IMG/VR virus record: IMGVR_UViG_3300048587_000396
Coordinates: 1-57,115 of that record
DNA length: 57,115 bases
DNA from: a virus
Taxonomy: Duplodnaviria > Caudoviricetes
Reading direction: 5' to 3' (one strand)
A program made the translations under genes and the position numbers. The notes below the pieces were generated by a model that worked only from the letters and a program-made list of their open reading frames with translations, had not been told where the DNA came from and did not search any database. Positions 9,884 to 20,879 of this stretch are shown one piece after another (the first letter of the stretch is position 1; every line of letters starts with the position of its first letter).

Positions 9884-10168
9884 ATGACTGTCGAGGAGCT
9901 CCACAATCGCATGTCTCTGGGGGAGTTCCGTCGCTGGGCTATGTTCCTGTCCGAGGAGCCGACGGTAGGGGAGCGCATTGATCTTGTCGGGGGCATCATA
10001 GCGTCGACCCTCGCCAATATCAATCGGGGCAAGACTAGCAAAGTCTACGTCCCTACGGACTTCATGCCCATCGCGGCGAGACAGCGAGAGGCTGCCGAGG
10101 ACGCACTTAGCGAAGAGGAGTTCGCCGCGCTTCAACTCAAGAAGTTCCGCGCAGCTATGGGAGGGTGA
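9884..10168 (+). CDS. Tail assembly chaperone C-terminal part (T, made as GT frameshift product)
   Basis: GMTVEEL..RMSLGEF..W motif; no clear RBS of its own. Confidence 0.7.
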   Translation: MTVEELHNRMSLGEFRRWAMFLSEEPTVGERIDLVGGIIASTLANINRGKTSKVYVPTDFMPIAARQREAAEDALSEEEFAALQLKKFRAAMGG

Positions 10169-10174
10169 TGTATC

Positions 10175-10651
10175 GTGGCTTCGGGTGTGACAGTCACTGG
10201 AGTGCCGGAGCTCCTGGCCTCCCTTCGGAAGCTCCCGGACAACCTTCAGAAGAAGGTGCTGAAAGCCTGGACCATGAGGAAGGCGCGCGAGGCTGCCAAG
10301 GCGGCTCAGGCCGCGGCTCCGCGAGGACGGACAGGCAATCTTCGCAAGGGAATCTCCGCCAAGGCATCCGGCCCCGGGAAGCTCCGTAAGATGGGCAGTC
10401 TGGCCCGAGCGGTGGTGATCGGTAAGAAGCCCGCCTATCATTTTCATCTGGTCAACCTCGGCGTGTCGAGGTCCCGGCAAACCGAGTCGGGGGCTAATCG
10501 CGGCACGATGCCGGCGAACCCCTTCTTCCAGCGGTCTGCTCAGCCCATCCTGTCTCAGGCACAGGCGGATGTCAAGACGGAGCTGGCCCGAGAAGTTCAG
10601 CGTCTTCTTGACTCAGCGGTCAAGCGGACCATGGCGCGTGGAGGCCGCTGA
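10175..10651 (+). CDS. HK97 gp10-family tail completion protein
   Basis: VTGVPELLASLRKL, APRGRTGNLRKGI, YHFHLVNLG, MPANPFFQ motifs. Confidence 0.75.
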   Translation: MASGVTVTGVPELLASLRKLPDNLQKKVLKAWTMRKAREAAKAAQAAAPRGRTGNLRKGISAKASGPGKLRKMGSLARAVVIGKKPAYHFHLVNLGVSRSRQTESGANRGTMPANPFFQRSAQPILSQAQADVKTELAREVQRLLDSAVKRTMARGGR

Positions 10652-12849
10652 TGGCTAGTGCAGACCTCGTAATCGCATTCGACGCACGCATCGGCAACCT
10701 TGAGGCCGCGCTGCGTAGAACCGAGACATCACTTCGCAGGACCGAACAGCAGGCGAAGGAGACAGGGTCCGCCATGGCGGCGGCCCTCACGGCCGGAGCA
10801 TCGAGCGCAGGAAATTCGCTGCTACTTCTGTCGCGTAATCTGCTTGGCGTCGGCCTGGGCTTCCTCGCCCTTCAGCGCGCGGGGCAGGCCATTGGCGGCG
10901 CGCTCTCGGCCATCGACGCACTCGCGGACGAGGCCGCTTCCATCGGCGCCACCACGAACCAGCTTCGAGCTCTTCAGGTGGCGTTCGAGGAGGCCGGAGG
11001 CAACGGAGACAAGGCGGCCGATGCTTTCGGTAAGCTGAACAACATCATCGGTCAGGCCGGAGACGGAACTGAATCCGCCATCAATCGCTTCGCTTCCTTG
11101 GGAGTCGCTTTCCGCAACACTGACGGAACTCTACGAGGCTCCGCTGACGTCTTCGATGACATCATTGAGAAGCTGCAAGGCATGGAGTCTGCTGCGGAGC
11201 AGATGGCCGTTGCTCAGGAGTTCTTTGGTCGTGGCGCCGCCCGCACCGTAATCGCCGCTCTTGGTGAGATGGAGGGCGGGCTCACGGCAGTTGAGCAACG
11301 ACTCCGCGACATGGGTGCGGCTCTGGGGGACGAGACTCCACAGAGGCTAGACGCTCTGGGAACGGCCTTCGCCAATCTCGGTCGCGTGCTCGGCTCAGCC
11401 ATTGCGAATGCCATCGCGTATGTATCTCCCGTCATTGTGTCGTTCCTGGAGTGGCTCACGGCGCGAGTCGCTGATGCCATCAGATTCATCGAGCGCGTCG
11501 TGCTGGCCGTCGAGCGGATGGCTCGTAGAATTGGTCAGGCATTCGGTGTCATCACGACCACTCCACTGGAGGCTGCTGAGCGCAATCTCCAGGCGCTCGA
11601 GACCCGGATGCAGGGGACCCTTCAGCAGGAACAGCGTCTCCTTGCAGCGCAGCAGAACGCCGCCCGAGACCCAGACTCGTATGCTGCCCGGCTGAACGCC
11701 ACGAACTTGGCGCGTGTCCAGGAGGAGGCTCGCACCGCGACGGATGCCATCGCTATCGCCCGTCGTGAACTGGCCGGTCTTCGTCGTGATGCCGAGCTTC
11801 CGACTCCGCCTACGGTTCCCCCTCTGGCCGCCGCGCCTCCGCAGGCTGTCGGGGGTGGAGGTGGAGGGTCGACTCAGGTTGACGAAATGATTAAGATGGC
11901 GGAGCGACTGTATGAACAGACCCGCACTCCGCTTGAGCGTTTCCGTATTGAGTCGTCTCAGGCAGTAGCGATTTGGAACTCCCGTAACCCCGAAGTTCAG
12001 GCCGCACTCGGCGGGTTCGACACGATCCAGCGTGCGGTGGTGGAGTATGCCGAGAACGCCTATCAGGCTCAGCTTGGTCTGGGTCGCACTTCGGCGGAAG
12101 CTCAGGCCGCCATTCAGCAGTCGATCACTGCCACGGGGGAACTTCTGGTCGGACGAGGCGCTCTGTCGTGGGAGCAATGGGCTCAGGTTGCCACGGCAGC
12201 GAATGCCGCAGTCGGGCGAGCGGCTGACGACACCGCGAAAAGAACGCAGCAGTCCATCGATTCGGCGGCAGGAGCTATCAACGGAGCTCTTTCCAGTTCT
12301 TTCGTTGCTCTCGGCACCGGAGCTGCGACCATCGAGGATACGTGGAAGAAGCTGCTGTCCAACATCCTGCAGACGGTCATCCAGTTCGTGTATGAGATGA
12401 CCATCCAGGCTGCCATCCTGAGACTTCTGAAGTCGGCCTTCTCGGCTTTCGGTGGCGCGTTCACCGGAACAAGTGATCCAACCCCCATTCCGGGAGGCGG
12501 GGGCGGATTGGGTCTGCTGTCTTTCTCCGGATTTTCCGAGACCTCCGGCGCCTTGCTCGGCGACGGAGAGGCGGCGACGTTCGCCTCGTCCCTGACGGCA
12601 GGAGGCGGGGCTGCTGGTGTCGGTCGCGGTCTGGTGACCGTTGAGCCGAGACAGGACACTGAGGTGAACGTCGCCGTCTACAATAACTCGTCAAACACCA
12701 CTACTCGCCAACAGGAACGGACCAATGGTCTCGGCGGGAAGGAGGTCGATATCTACATCGAGAATGTGGTCCGTCAGGGACTGATGACCGGGCGCTACGA
12801 TAACGTCATGGGTCAGTCCTTCGGGGCCTCTCGTAGGGGAGTCGTCTGA
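10651..12849 (+). CDS. Tape measure protein
   Basis: 732 aa Ala-rich helical protein after chaperones; RTPLERF motif. Confidence 0.85.
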   Translation: MASADLVIAFDARIGNLEAALRRTETSLRRTEQQAKETGSAMAAALTAGASSAGNSLLLLSRNLLGVGLGFLALQRAGQAIGGALSAIDALADEAASIGATTNQLRALQVAFEEAGGNGDKAADAFGKLNNIIGQAGDGTESAINRFASLGVAFRNTDGTLRGSADVFDDIIEKLQGMESAAEQMAVAQEFFGRGAARTVIAALGEMEGGLTAVEQRLRDMGAALGDETPQRLDALGTAFANLGRVLGSAIANAIAYVSPVIVSFLEWLTARVADAIRFIERVVLAVERMARRIGQAFGVITTTPLEAAERNLQALETRMQGTLQQEQRLLAAQQNAARDPDSYAARLNATNLARVQEEARTATDAIAIARRELAGLRRDAELPTPPTVPPLAAAPPQAVGGGGGGSTQVDEMIKMAERLYEQTRTPLERFRIESSQAVAIWNSRNPEVQAALGGFDTIQRAVVEYAENAYQAQLGLGRTSAEAQAAIQQSITATGELLVGRGALSWEQWAQVATAANAAVGRAADDTAKRTQQSIDSAAGAINGALSSSFVALGTGAATIEDTWKKLLSNILQTVIQFVYEMTIQAAILRLLKSAFSAFGGAFTGTSDPTPIPGGGGGLGLLSFSGFSETSGALLGDGEAATFASSLTAGGGAAGVGRGLVTVEPRQDTEVNVAVYNNSSNTTTRQQERTNGLGGKEVDIYIENVVRQGLMTGRYDNVMGQSFGASRRGVV

Positions 12850-13205
12850 TGTCCGGTTCATACTCCACTTGGCCCTTCTCGTGCCCGCGCTCCTGGGTTC
12901 GGATGCCGAAGCCGTCCCTTGTTCGCAGCTCTGTCGAGGATGGATATCCCAAGGTCCGCCGTAGGTTCACGAAGTCCTGGGACGAATATCAGGCTGAATG
13001 GCTGTTGGAATGGGACCAGGAACAAGATCTCATCAACTTCTTCACGAACGACTGCCAGGATGGAGCCTACCCATTCTACCTCGAAGATCCATACACCGAG
13101 CAGCCGATCTTGGTCCGATGGAAGGAACCTCCGACGGTAGTTGGAGGCGTCGACTCGAAACCTGTGATTAGAGTTTCCGGCAATCTGGAACGGGTGTTCT
13201 CCTGA
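12849..13205 (+). CDS. Distal tail protein, putative
   Basis: GYPKVRRRFT and FF....DGAYPF..DP motifs; follows tape measure. Confidence 0.65.
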   Translation: MSGSYSTWPFSCPRSWVRMPKPSLVRSSVEDGYPKVRRRFTKSWDEYQAEWLLEWDQEQDLINFFTNDCQDGAYPFYLEDPYTEQPILVRWKEPPTVVGGVDSKPVIRVSGNLERVFS

Positions 13206-13684
13206 TGCCTCGCTCGCTGACCATACCGGCCATTCGCCAAGCGCAGAGCGAGCACGGTGATGATCCATTTCTGGTGTTGATTGCCATCGAGGCGGGAACT
13301 CCGGGCACCTACATTCGGGTGGTCAACAATACGGAGAACATCATCTCCAGAGGAGAGACCTTCATCGGGTGCCCGTTCAGCCTGTCCCTGCCCGATGTGA
13401 CGGACACTGGACTTTCAGATTTCTCGATCAGCGTTGACAATGTCGATCCACAGATCTGGCAGGGAATCCGTGCGCTGAACGCAGCTCCTCTGGTGTTCAT
13501 AGAGGTCATTCTGGCTAGCGATCCGGACACTCCGCTGCTAACCACGAGCGGGCTTCGCCTGAGAGAGGCGAGTGCGACTGCTCAGGTCATTACCGGGAAG
13601 CTGGTGCCAGACACGATGTGGCAGCTCGGCTTTCCGGCCCACGAATTCGATCCGTCGCAGAACGCAGGAATGTTCGGGACATGA
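13205..13684 (+). CDS. Minor tail protein (DUF1833-like)
   Basis: IRVVNNTENI.SRG..F..CPF.LSLP, ISVDNVD, VILASDPD motifs. Confidence 0.75.
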   Translation: MPRSLTIPAIRQAQSEHGDDPFLVLIAIEAGTPGTYIRVVNNTENIISRGETFIGCPFSLSLPDVTDTGLSDFSISVDNVDPQIWQGIRALNAAPLVFIEVILASDPDTPLLTTSGLRLREASATAQVITGKLVPDTMWQLGFPAHEFDPSQNAGMFGT

Positions 13685-14070
13685 TCAACGCCGCTTTCAT
13701 CGGTATCCCGTATGTCAATCGTGGCTCCACGTTCCAGGGCTGCGATTGTTGGGGATTGGTGTGGCTCTATCATGCCGAAGTCCTACATAAGCTGATCCCT
13801 CGTTACGACGGATACGAGAACGCCGAGTCGCCAGATATGGGCGGATACATATCAGAGCGATGGAACCAGTGGGAGACGGTAGAGCCGGCGAACATGGAGC
13901 CGGGGGATGTAGTCGCGCTGCGTCTGGGCAGACTTCCCGTTCATTGCGGTGTCTATGTGGGAGGTGGCCGGATGCTTCACATACTTGAGGGCCGCATGTC
14001 GTGCTTGGAGCGCGTCAACGTGGGGTTCTGGAAGACAGCAATCGCGAGGATTGGTCGATGGAAGTCGTAA
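13681..14070 (+). CDS. NlpC/P60 tail tip assembly protein
   Basis: FIGIPY..RG....GCDCWGLV and HCGVYVGGGRMLH. Confidence 0.88.
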   Translation: MINAAFIGIPYVNRGSTFQGCDCWGLVWLYHAEVLHKLIPRYDGYENAESPDMGGYISERWNQWETVEPANMEPGDVVALRLGRLPVHCGVYVGGGRMLHILEGRMSCLERVNVGFWKTAIARIGRWKS

Positions 14071-17000
14071 CCCGCGAGAAGTTCATCTCGTCCCATCAAG
14101 AAACCCACTCCCTTCCTGAGGGTCTCACGATCGACGAGATGCTGGCCTCAATCTCGTGGAGCCGTGAGCTGCATCAGTGGACCTATGTGTCGATTGGCGG
14201 CAGGGAGGTTCCCGCAGAATTCTGGAAGCAGGTTCGGCCGAAGCAGGGACATCAAATTCTGGTGGCGCTTCGTCCGGCTGGCGGAGGCGGAGGAGGCGGC
14301 GGAAGCGGAAAGCAGATCCTCACGGCTGTAGCGGCGGTCGCTATCGCGGTGGTCGCGTGGTATGCTGCTCCAGCTATCGTGGGGGCCTTCGCAGGCGTCA
14401 GTGCTGCGACAGCCTCGGCGACCATGGGGACTGCAGTCGCGCTCACTCAGGCTGGTCTGGCTATCGCCGGCACTCTGGCTCTTGGGGCTCTCGTCAAGCC
14501 GGGGCGTTTGGGAGCTCAGACGCTTACGAACTCCGGTTCGGCTGGGAACGGTCCTCAGGAGAGCGCGACCTACGGAGTTTCCGGTGCCCAGAATGCGATC
14601 AATAGATACGGTGTCGTTCCCAGGGTCTATGGCCGACATCGTGTCACGCCGCCCATGGCCGCCGAGCCGTATGTCGTATCTTCGGGCACCACTCAGACGA
14701 TCAATATCCTACTGGACTTCGGCTATGGCCCGCTTCTGGTGGAGGACATTCGTATCGGCAACACGCCGATAACTCAGTTCCCGACCGCGCGGTGGTGGGT
14801 TCATCCGAACTTCCTTCCAGGTCAGGCGTTGCAGTTCTATCAGAACGACCAGTCGACCCTTCAGGTGGGAGCCATCTTGGCCGAGGGAACCAACAATGTC
14901 CGGGTGGTCCCCCAGGATGGGTCGTTCATCACCTTGGAGTTCCAGTTCCCGAATGGCCTGATCCGGTTCAACGAACAGGGAGGGTCCTTCCAGCAGAACG
15001 AAAACGTCGCCATCTTCGCTGCTCCGGCCGGGGGGACTTATCAGCCCATTGCGGATTTTCACCCCTATGCGCTGTTCGGCGGCGAGGGCGGCGTCCAGAC
15101 GGCCGGTCCCGTTCAGCAGGGGTCTGTCGGGATTGTGCGATGGAGCCGCGGAACGACTTCCGGTCTCCCTCAAGGCTTCACGTCCAGCGATCCCGCTGTC
15201 CTCCAGATGCAGATCGGTTCGACGCTCACCTACAACGGAGTTCAGTATACGATCCTTGGAATATCCGACACTCCAGGGGAGCCGGGCGATCGCGTAGTCG
15301 AGCTGAGCGCTGTTCCCCCCGATGTGTCGTGGATCTATACTAACACCGGCATCATTCCGGGACAGGAGGGCTGGCCGGGGACGTTCATTCTGCCGGGGTC
15401 GGCAGGGACATTCGGTCCCCTGTGGGTGACCTTCGGTCCGGGCATTCAGGACGTGGCCTTTCATGGTCAGACCCGGACTCCCCGCACGATCTCAATCTGC
15501 ATGCAGATGCCCTACGAATCTGAGTGGCAGGTCCTGGTCGTTCGCACGAGCCCGGTCAGCACCAGTCAGCTTGTCGCCAATCAGATCATCTGGTCCACTC
15601 TGCGGTCCAGTCGCGGCAACATGCCGATCGCGCCCCGCAAGGGTCGCACGATCATGGAGGTGCAGGTCACGGCATCCGAGCAGATCAGCGGTCAGGTGCA
15701 GAATATCAACGCTCTCTGCACGTCTATTCTGTATGATCCACGCTTGAATGCCTGGGTTCCAACCCGTAATCCTGCATGGGTCTACGCCGACATACTGACG
15801 GGCTCGGCCAATCCCCGAGCGGTGCCTTGGTCTCAGCTGGATGTTCCAAAGCTGATCGAGTTTGCGAATAAGTGCGACGCCCTCACGGTGCAGGGAGACA
15901 TCTTCGCCACATGCGATATGGTGGTGGACTTCCGCACCACGATTGGTGAGCTGTCTCAGACCGTGTGCAGCGCAGGGCGGGCCGCACCGGCAATGCTAGA
16001 CGGTCTCTACAGCGTGTTTCTAGAGGACGAAGACCGCGATCCGGTTCAGATGTTCACGAACCGAAACGCGTCGAACTTCTCTGCGACACGTTCCTGGGTG
16101 GATCAGCCGCACGCTTTGAACGTGAAGTATCTGTCGGAATGGTCCTGGGATCGCCAGGAGCTGGTGGTCTATGCGGACGGATACGACGCGCTGAATGCGA
16201 CCAAGTTCGAAACCCTGGAGTTGATGGGCATTACTCGCGCTCCTCAGGCTTGGAGGTTCGGTCGTTATTTCCTGGCGGCGGCCACTCTGCGCCGTGAGCG
16301 TCTGTCGATTCAAACTGACGTGGAAAATCTGGTCTGCCAGCGGGGGGACTTGGTTCGCATCGCCCATGATCGCCTGTTGCAGAATTTCGCTGCCCGAGCT
16401 CGCGTGATCGAGAGCGCCGTCATCGAGATGGACGCCTTCCTGGTCACTGAGATGTTCAGCAATTCGTTCTTCATCAACGAAGCGAACACCGGAGTCAGCG
16501 GTTGGCCCACGGGCTGGTCTGGCGGAAATCTGACCCCTCCCGCAATCGGGTTTGCATGGCTCGGCCGCGGAGTCGATGAGCGAGGCAGAGCGTATCTAGA
16601 CATACGCATGGCGAAGGCCGCCGCCGGGGGGTCGACTAACTCCTACTCTATCTGGCCCACCATATTCATGGGGGAAGTGAACTCCGATGATCAGATAGTT
16701 TCGGACTGGGAGGTCGAACTACTGGATCAGGTTAACTTCGTCAGTGACTATATTCGGATCAACACTCAGCCCACGAACAGCACAGGGGGGACCGGGCTGG
16801 GAAGTCCGAATGCCCTCAAATCATGGCCGTCTGTAGGGGAGAGAAAGTCGCTTACGGACTCCAAGATCCTGGGCAGCACCTTAGGTCTGGTCAATGGTTG
16901 GAGGCCGAATATTGAATTCGCATGGCAGCCTACCACCGACTATCCGTGCTCGATGGACATTCGCATATTCACCCCCCGCTTCTGGATCAACAACCCTAAG

Positions 17001-19268
17001 CCCAGCCTTCTGTCGCGTGTTGAGGATGCGGGCGTCAATACGATCCCGAACGCTGCGGCCGCCGGGGCAGTCCTAGGCGTCCTTGGCTCGGGGGGCGCCC
17101 TACCGACTGGATGGTTCCTGGGGCTCAGCACCGGATGGACCTGCACTATCGCCCGTATCGATCAGGTGTGGGAATACTGGGACTTCGACATTCGGATCCA
17201 GGCCCCTGCTGGGACGGGTTCGTTGGTGATCACTTTGAACCCCAGCCAGGACCTGCCGGTTTCCAAGATCGTGTATGGATCTGTTCAGCTTCGCCGGGTG
17301 GCGCTTACCGGGACCGCTGCTCCCGTATATCTCCGCATGACGGCTAGGACCGCGGGCGATGTCCACGTGGCTGATTTCACCACCGCTGCTCTGTCGCTGA
17401 ACACAACGAACGAAACTCGCCAGGTGACGGGGGCGGCGAACTTCACTGCTCATGCGACGGCGGCGAAGTATCGTTTTTCGATAGTGGTCACTCCCGCCCC
17501 CGGCGATGCTACGGACATGACGATCCGTATCCGCCTGCCCCTCGCCGGCGCTTCTGATCCGGCCACCGACTTGCCGGCAGTTCCAAACGCCGAAGCGATC
17601 TATTGTCAGCTGCGGACTCAGGACGGGGTGCTGACTGACTCCCTGCCTATCCTCGCTCGCCCAGCGGAAGACGAGATCATGTTGGCGGACTCGGACGCTG
17701 CCCTGGTCAGCCCAGGCGATGTCCTTGCTATCGGCACGCTGGACACCGAGACGAGCGACTGGCTGGTGGACAAGATCACGCCCGGCCCAGACTTCGCCGC
17801 GAACATCGAGTTCATCGAGTATGCTCCTGCCGTGCTGGACGCGGACAAGGGGCCTATTCCGCCCTATGTCCCCGCGAATGGCAACGGCATCCTGGTGGAC
17901 CTGCCTCCGGTTCGTAACCTGATGATGAGCTCCACGCTCTACATTTACACGACCGACGGGGTGCCTAATCACACGATCCTGCTACAGTGGGATCCTCCGT
18001 CGTTCCAGGTAGCCTTCTATATCGTTTCGCGGCTGTATGTCGTGGCTGACCCTGGAATGGGGGTGTCTCCTCCCTATCAAAGCGAGAATGTTCTGCTGGA
18101 AATTGCACGAGTCCAGAACACTGAGTATGTGGACACGATCGACACCCGAACCCTTCGTCGAGCAGGCACCACGCTCCGCTATTTCGTCGTGCCAGTCTCC
18201 GTAAGCGGCCGCAGGGGGGAGAGCGAGGACGTAGAGGACATCTTCTTCCCGGATACCACTCCGCCCCCGGCGGTCGTGTTCAATACGAACGTCCTGTCCG
18301 AAACGACGATGCTCATCTGGGAGAGGCCGAATATCCCTGACTTGGCCGGCTATCAGGTTCGGTTCATCGATCAGACTTGGGCTCCGGTCAACCCCTCGTG
18401 GGAACAGATGGTCTCGGCGGTTGATTCAATCAGTCCAGGGCTGACCTCGCTGACCGTTCATATCCAGACCGGCATCTACGCTATTCGGGCATTTGACACG
18501 AGCGGGAACTTTGGTCCGCCTTCGTACTCGCTGACGAAGGTGGAACTGCTCCCGCACGTGGATGAGGTGACTCGGCTGACCGAGGGGCCTACCTGGACTG
18601 GCACCTTTGACCGGACAGTGATCGTCGACGATGAGCTCCGTCTGGCCACCGATCTGGACGGAAACTACTACTCCACCGGATGGTTCTACTCGGACTCCGC
18701 GGTGTCCTACGATGACTCGTGGTTGTTCCGGGTCCGGGGGGCGTTCGAATCGTATTCGTTCCCTGTTGGTCCCGACCCCGAGGGCGACTGGAATGCTCAG
18801 ATCTGGGTGGCGATCCAGCGTGAAGCACCGAAGCTTGACAGCCCGTGGTTCGACCCGTTGACGACGGCTGATCCGCTGGCGGGCGGGGTGGGCGTCTATA
18901 TTCCGCTCGGCAACGTGGCGCAGACAGACCTCGTGGGGCGCCTGATCAATTGGGCTGTTCGCCTCACCAGCAATCGAGTGGACCTCACGCCATCGGTGGT
19001 CCACGCTACGTTGATCGTGGATCACTCCGAGCGCACGGAGTTCGGCGACGATGTGCCAACAGGGACCGGGGGGTTGAACATTCCGTTCAGCAGTCCGTTC
19101 TTCACGCCCCCTACGGCAGCGGTTACGCTGAACAACGGGCAGAGCGGGGATCGCATCGTCAAGTCTACCTCGACCACGGCATTGACCGTGGAGGTCTTCA
19201 ACGCCGCCGGGACTTCGGTCGACCGAAGTATCGACTGGCAGGTCATCGGCTACGGCAGAGGAATCTAG
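14058..19268 (+). CDS. Tail tip / central tail fibre (lambda J-like with fused ubiquitin-like N-terminus)
   Basis: VPRVYGRHRVTP, TRNPAWVYADIL, VQMFTNRN, GDLVRIAHD, YAIRAFDTSGN (FN3), DWQVIGYG terminus. Confidence 0.88.
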   Translation: MEVVTREKFISSHQETHSLPEGLTIDEMLASISWSRELHQWTYVSIGGREVPAEFWKQVRPKQGHQILVALRPAGGGGGGGGSGKQILTAVAAVAIAVVAWYAAPAIVGAFAGVSAATASATMGTAVALTQAGLAIAGTLALGALVKPGRLGAQTLTNSGSAGNGPQESATYGVSGAQNAINRYGVVPRVYGRHRVTPPMAAEPYVVSSGTTQTINILLDFGYGPLLVEDIRIGNTPITQFPTARWWVHPNFLPGQALQFYQNDQSTLQVGAILAEGTNNVRVVPQDGSFITLEFQFPNGLIRFNEQGGSFQQNENVAIFAAPAGGTYQPIADFHPYALFGGEGGVQTAGPVQQGSVGIVRWSRGTTSGLPQGFTSSDPAVLQMQIGSTLTYNGVQYTILGISDTPGEPGDRVVELSAVPPDVSWIYTNTGIIPGQEGWPGTFILPGSAGTFGPLWVTFGPGIQDVAFHGQTRTPRTISICMQMPYESEWQVLVVRTSPVSTSQLVANQIIWSTLRSSRGNMPIAPRKGRTIMEVQVTASEQISGQVQNINALCTSILYDPRLNAWVPTRNPAWVYADILTGSANPRAVPWSQLDVPKLIEFANKCDALTVQGDIFATCDMVVDFRTTIGELSQTVCSAGRAAPAMLDGLYSVFLEDEDRDPVQMFTNRNASNFSATRSWVDQPHALNVKYLSEWSWDRQELVVYADGYDALNATKFETLELMGITRAPQAWRFGRYFLAAATLRRERLSIQTDVENLVCQRGDLVRIAHDRLLQNFAARARVIESAVIEMDAFLVTEMFSNSFFINEANTGVSGWPTGWSGGNLTPPAIGFAWLGRGVDERGRAYLDIRMAKAAAGGSTNSYSIWPTIFMGEVNSDDQIVSDWEVELLDQVNFVSDYIRINTQPTNSTGGTGLGSPNALKSWPSVGERKSLTDSKILGSTLGLVNGWRPNIEFAWQPTTDYPCSMDIRIFTPRFWINNPKPSLLSRVEDAGVNTIPNAAAAGAVLGVLGSGGALPTGWFLGLSTGWTCTIARIDQVWEYWDFDIRIQAPAGTGSLVITLNPSQDLPVSKIVYGSVQLRRVALTGTAAPVYLRMTARTAGDVHVADFTTAALSLNTTNETRQVTGAANFTAHATAAKYRFSIVVTPAPGDATDMTIRIRLPLAGASDPATDLPAVPNAEAIYCQLRTQDGVLTDSLPILARPAEDEIMLADSDAALVSPGDVLAIGTLDTETSDWLVDKITPGPDFAANIEFIEYAPAVLDADKGPIPPYVPANGNGILVDLPPVRNLMMSSTLYIYTTDGVPNHTILLQWDPPSFQVAFYIVSRLYVVADPGMGVSPPYQSENVLLEIARVQNTEYVDTIDTRTLRRAGTTLRYFVVPVSVSGRRGESEDVEDIFFPDTTPPPAVVFNTNVLSETTMLIWERPNIPDLAGYQVRFIDQTWAPVNPSWEQMVSAVDSISPGLTSLTVHIQTGIYAIRAFDTSGNFGPPSYSLTKVELLPHVDEVTRLTEGPTWTGTFDRTVIVDDELRLATDLDGNYYSTGWFYSDSAVSYDDSWLFRVRGAFESYSFPVGPDPEGDWNAQIWVAIQREAPKLDSPWFDPLTTADPLAGGVGVYIPLGNVAQTDLVGRLINWAVRLTSNRVDLTPSVVHATLIVDHSERTEFGDDVPTGTGGLNIPFSSPFFTPPTAAVTLNNGQSGDRIVKSTSTTALTVEVFNAAGTSVDRSIDWQVIGYGRGI

Positions 19269-19271
19269 ATC

Positions 19272-20879
19272 ATGGCACAGTTCTCCCGTCCTTCCCTCGT
19301 CGCGGCTATCGACGACGGCATCACTCTCTCGACCAAGGCGAACGGCGCCTGGGAGGCGCTCTACACGAACCACGCCGGGGCGGCACCGCCCCCCGATCCT
19401 GAGAAGGGGCAGGTGTGGGTTGACATCAGCGAGGAGGCGGGGTCTCCCAACCGGCACGAGCTGAAGATCTACACTGGATCGGTGTGGAGGCTCATGGGCA
19501 CGCTCAATCTCACCACGGGCGCCTACTCAGTCGCTGGCAACCTTCCGCTGGCGGGGGGAACAGTGACGGGGCCGATTCTGTTTCCGGCGGGGACCGCGGC
19601 TGCCCCCGCAGTGACTTTCGATGCGGACACGAACACGGGCATCTATCGTATCGGCGCTGACCGTCTAGGGTTCAGCACGAACGGCGTCATCCGAATGGAG
19701 ATCAACGCTGCCGGTCAGATCGGCATGAACAACGTCGCGGTTGATCCATTCCGGCTGTATGTCGCCCAGGCAGCGGCGGACGCCGTTGTCGCAAGTCGCA
19801 ATCGCTTCATCAACCTCAACACGGCGAACGATGCTTCGGTGAACCTGGAGTTCGCCACGGCCTCCGGCGCGCTGCGCGGTGCGGTGCGCGGTCAGCGCGA
19901 GGGCGGCACGAACCATGGTCGACTGATCTTGTCCTCGGCTCTCAGCGGCGCTCAGGTCGATGTGCTGACCCTGGCTTCTGATGGGGACGTCTACCCCTTC
20001 AACCAAATCAAGCTCAACAACGACAAACCGATTTACTTCGGCGGCGTTGCGTCCATCCAGCGTCAGGCTGCTGGGCATGTGATCTTCAATAGGGACACAA
20101 ACTATCGCGATTGGTGGAGTGCCACGGACGGCGCGTGGCGCTGGCAGGGCGGGACCTCTTACGGCACGACGCTGATGACGCTAAACGCCGCAGGCACGCT
20201 CGTTGTCGGCATCATATATAGCCCCCTCCTTCGTGGAGGGCCCAACGACGCTGGACATCTGAACTGCTGGGGAAGTTCAGGTCAGGTGAACTTCCGCTGG
20301 CACGGGGGTATTTCGGGTCTAGCGCAGCGAGTGAACGAAGCTTTAGAGGAGCGGATCTGCACGGCTGTTAACGCTGGGAATCTCGGATACGTCGGCGGCA
20401 GCGGCGGCCCGACTGGTATTGCACTGAACGGACAAGCCTTCGACGGAACGCTGTTCGGCATCTTCGTCGACGCTATATCCGACGAGCGCATCAAGGACAA
20501 TATCCGGAACACCGATCATGATGCGCTAGATACAGTCATGTCGGTGCCTGTTCGGGCATTCGACGTGAAGGGTGAGGTCGCGGCTTGGCAGCGCAGCGTC
20601 GGCTTGACTCCTGAGCAGCGCGCGGAAGCCTTGCTGAACGCGGAGCCTGTTCCGGTCCCTATTGGCTTCGTCACTCAGGAGCTCCAGGCGAAGGTCCCGG
20701 AAGCGGTGCGGGTTCCCCCCGTCGGGCACAAGCAGCCAGAAGGAAGCCCGCTTCCCGATGACGTTCAGACCTATTCACCTGAGACGCTCGTTCCCTATCT
20801 GTGGCGGGCGATCCAACAGCAGCAGGAGATCATCGACACCCTGACGGCACGGGTCGCCTCGCTGGAGGGAAAGACATGA
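19272..20879 (+). CDS. Tail fibre with C-terminal intramolecular chaperone (peptidase S74)
   Basis: DTNTGIYR repeat motif; SDERIKDNI, GFVTQEL..PEAV, LVPYLWRAIQQ coiled coil. Confidence 0.85.
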   Translation: MAQFSRPSLVAAIDDGITLSTKANGAWEALYTNHAGAAPPPDPEKGQVWVDISEEAGSPNRHELKIYTGSVWRLMGTLNLTTGAYSVAGNLPLAGGTVTGPILFPAGTAAAPAVTFDADTNTGIYRIGADRLGFSTNGVIRMEINAAGQIGMNNVAVDPFRLYVAQAAADAVVASRNRFINLNTANDASVNLEFATASGALRGAVRGQREGGTNHGRLILSSALSGAQVDVLTLASDGDVYPFNQIKLNNDKPIYFGGVASIQRQAAGHVIFNRDTNYRDWWSATDGAWRWQGGTSYGTTLMTLNAAGTLVVGIIYSPLLRGGPNDAGHLNCWGSSGQVNFRWHGGISGLAQRVNEALEERICTAVNAGNLGYVGGSGGPTGIALNGQAFDGTLFGIFVDAISDERIKDNIRNTDHDALDTVMSVPVRAFDVKGEVAAWQRSVGLTPEQRAEALLNAEPVPVPIGFVTQELQAKVPEAVRVPPVGHKQPEGSPLPDDVQTYSPETLVPYLWRAIQQQQEIIDTLTARVASLEGKT

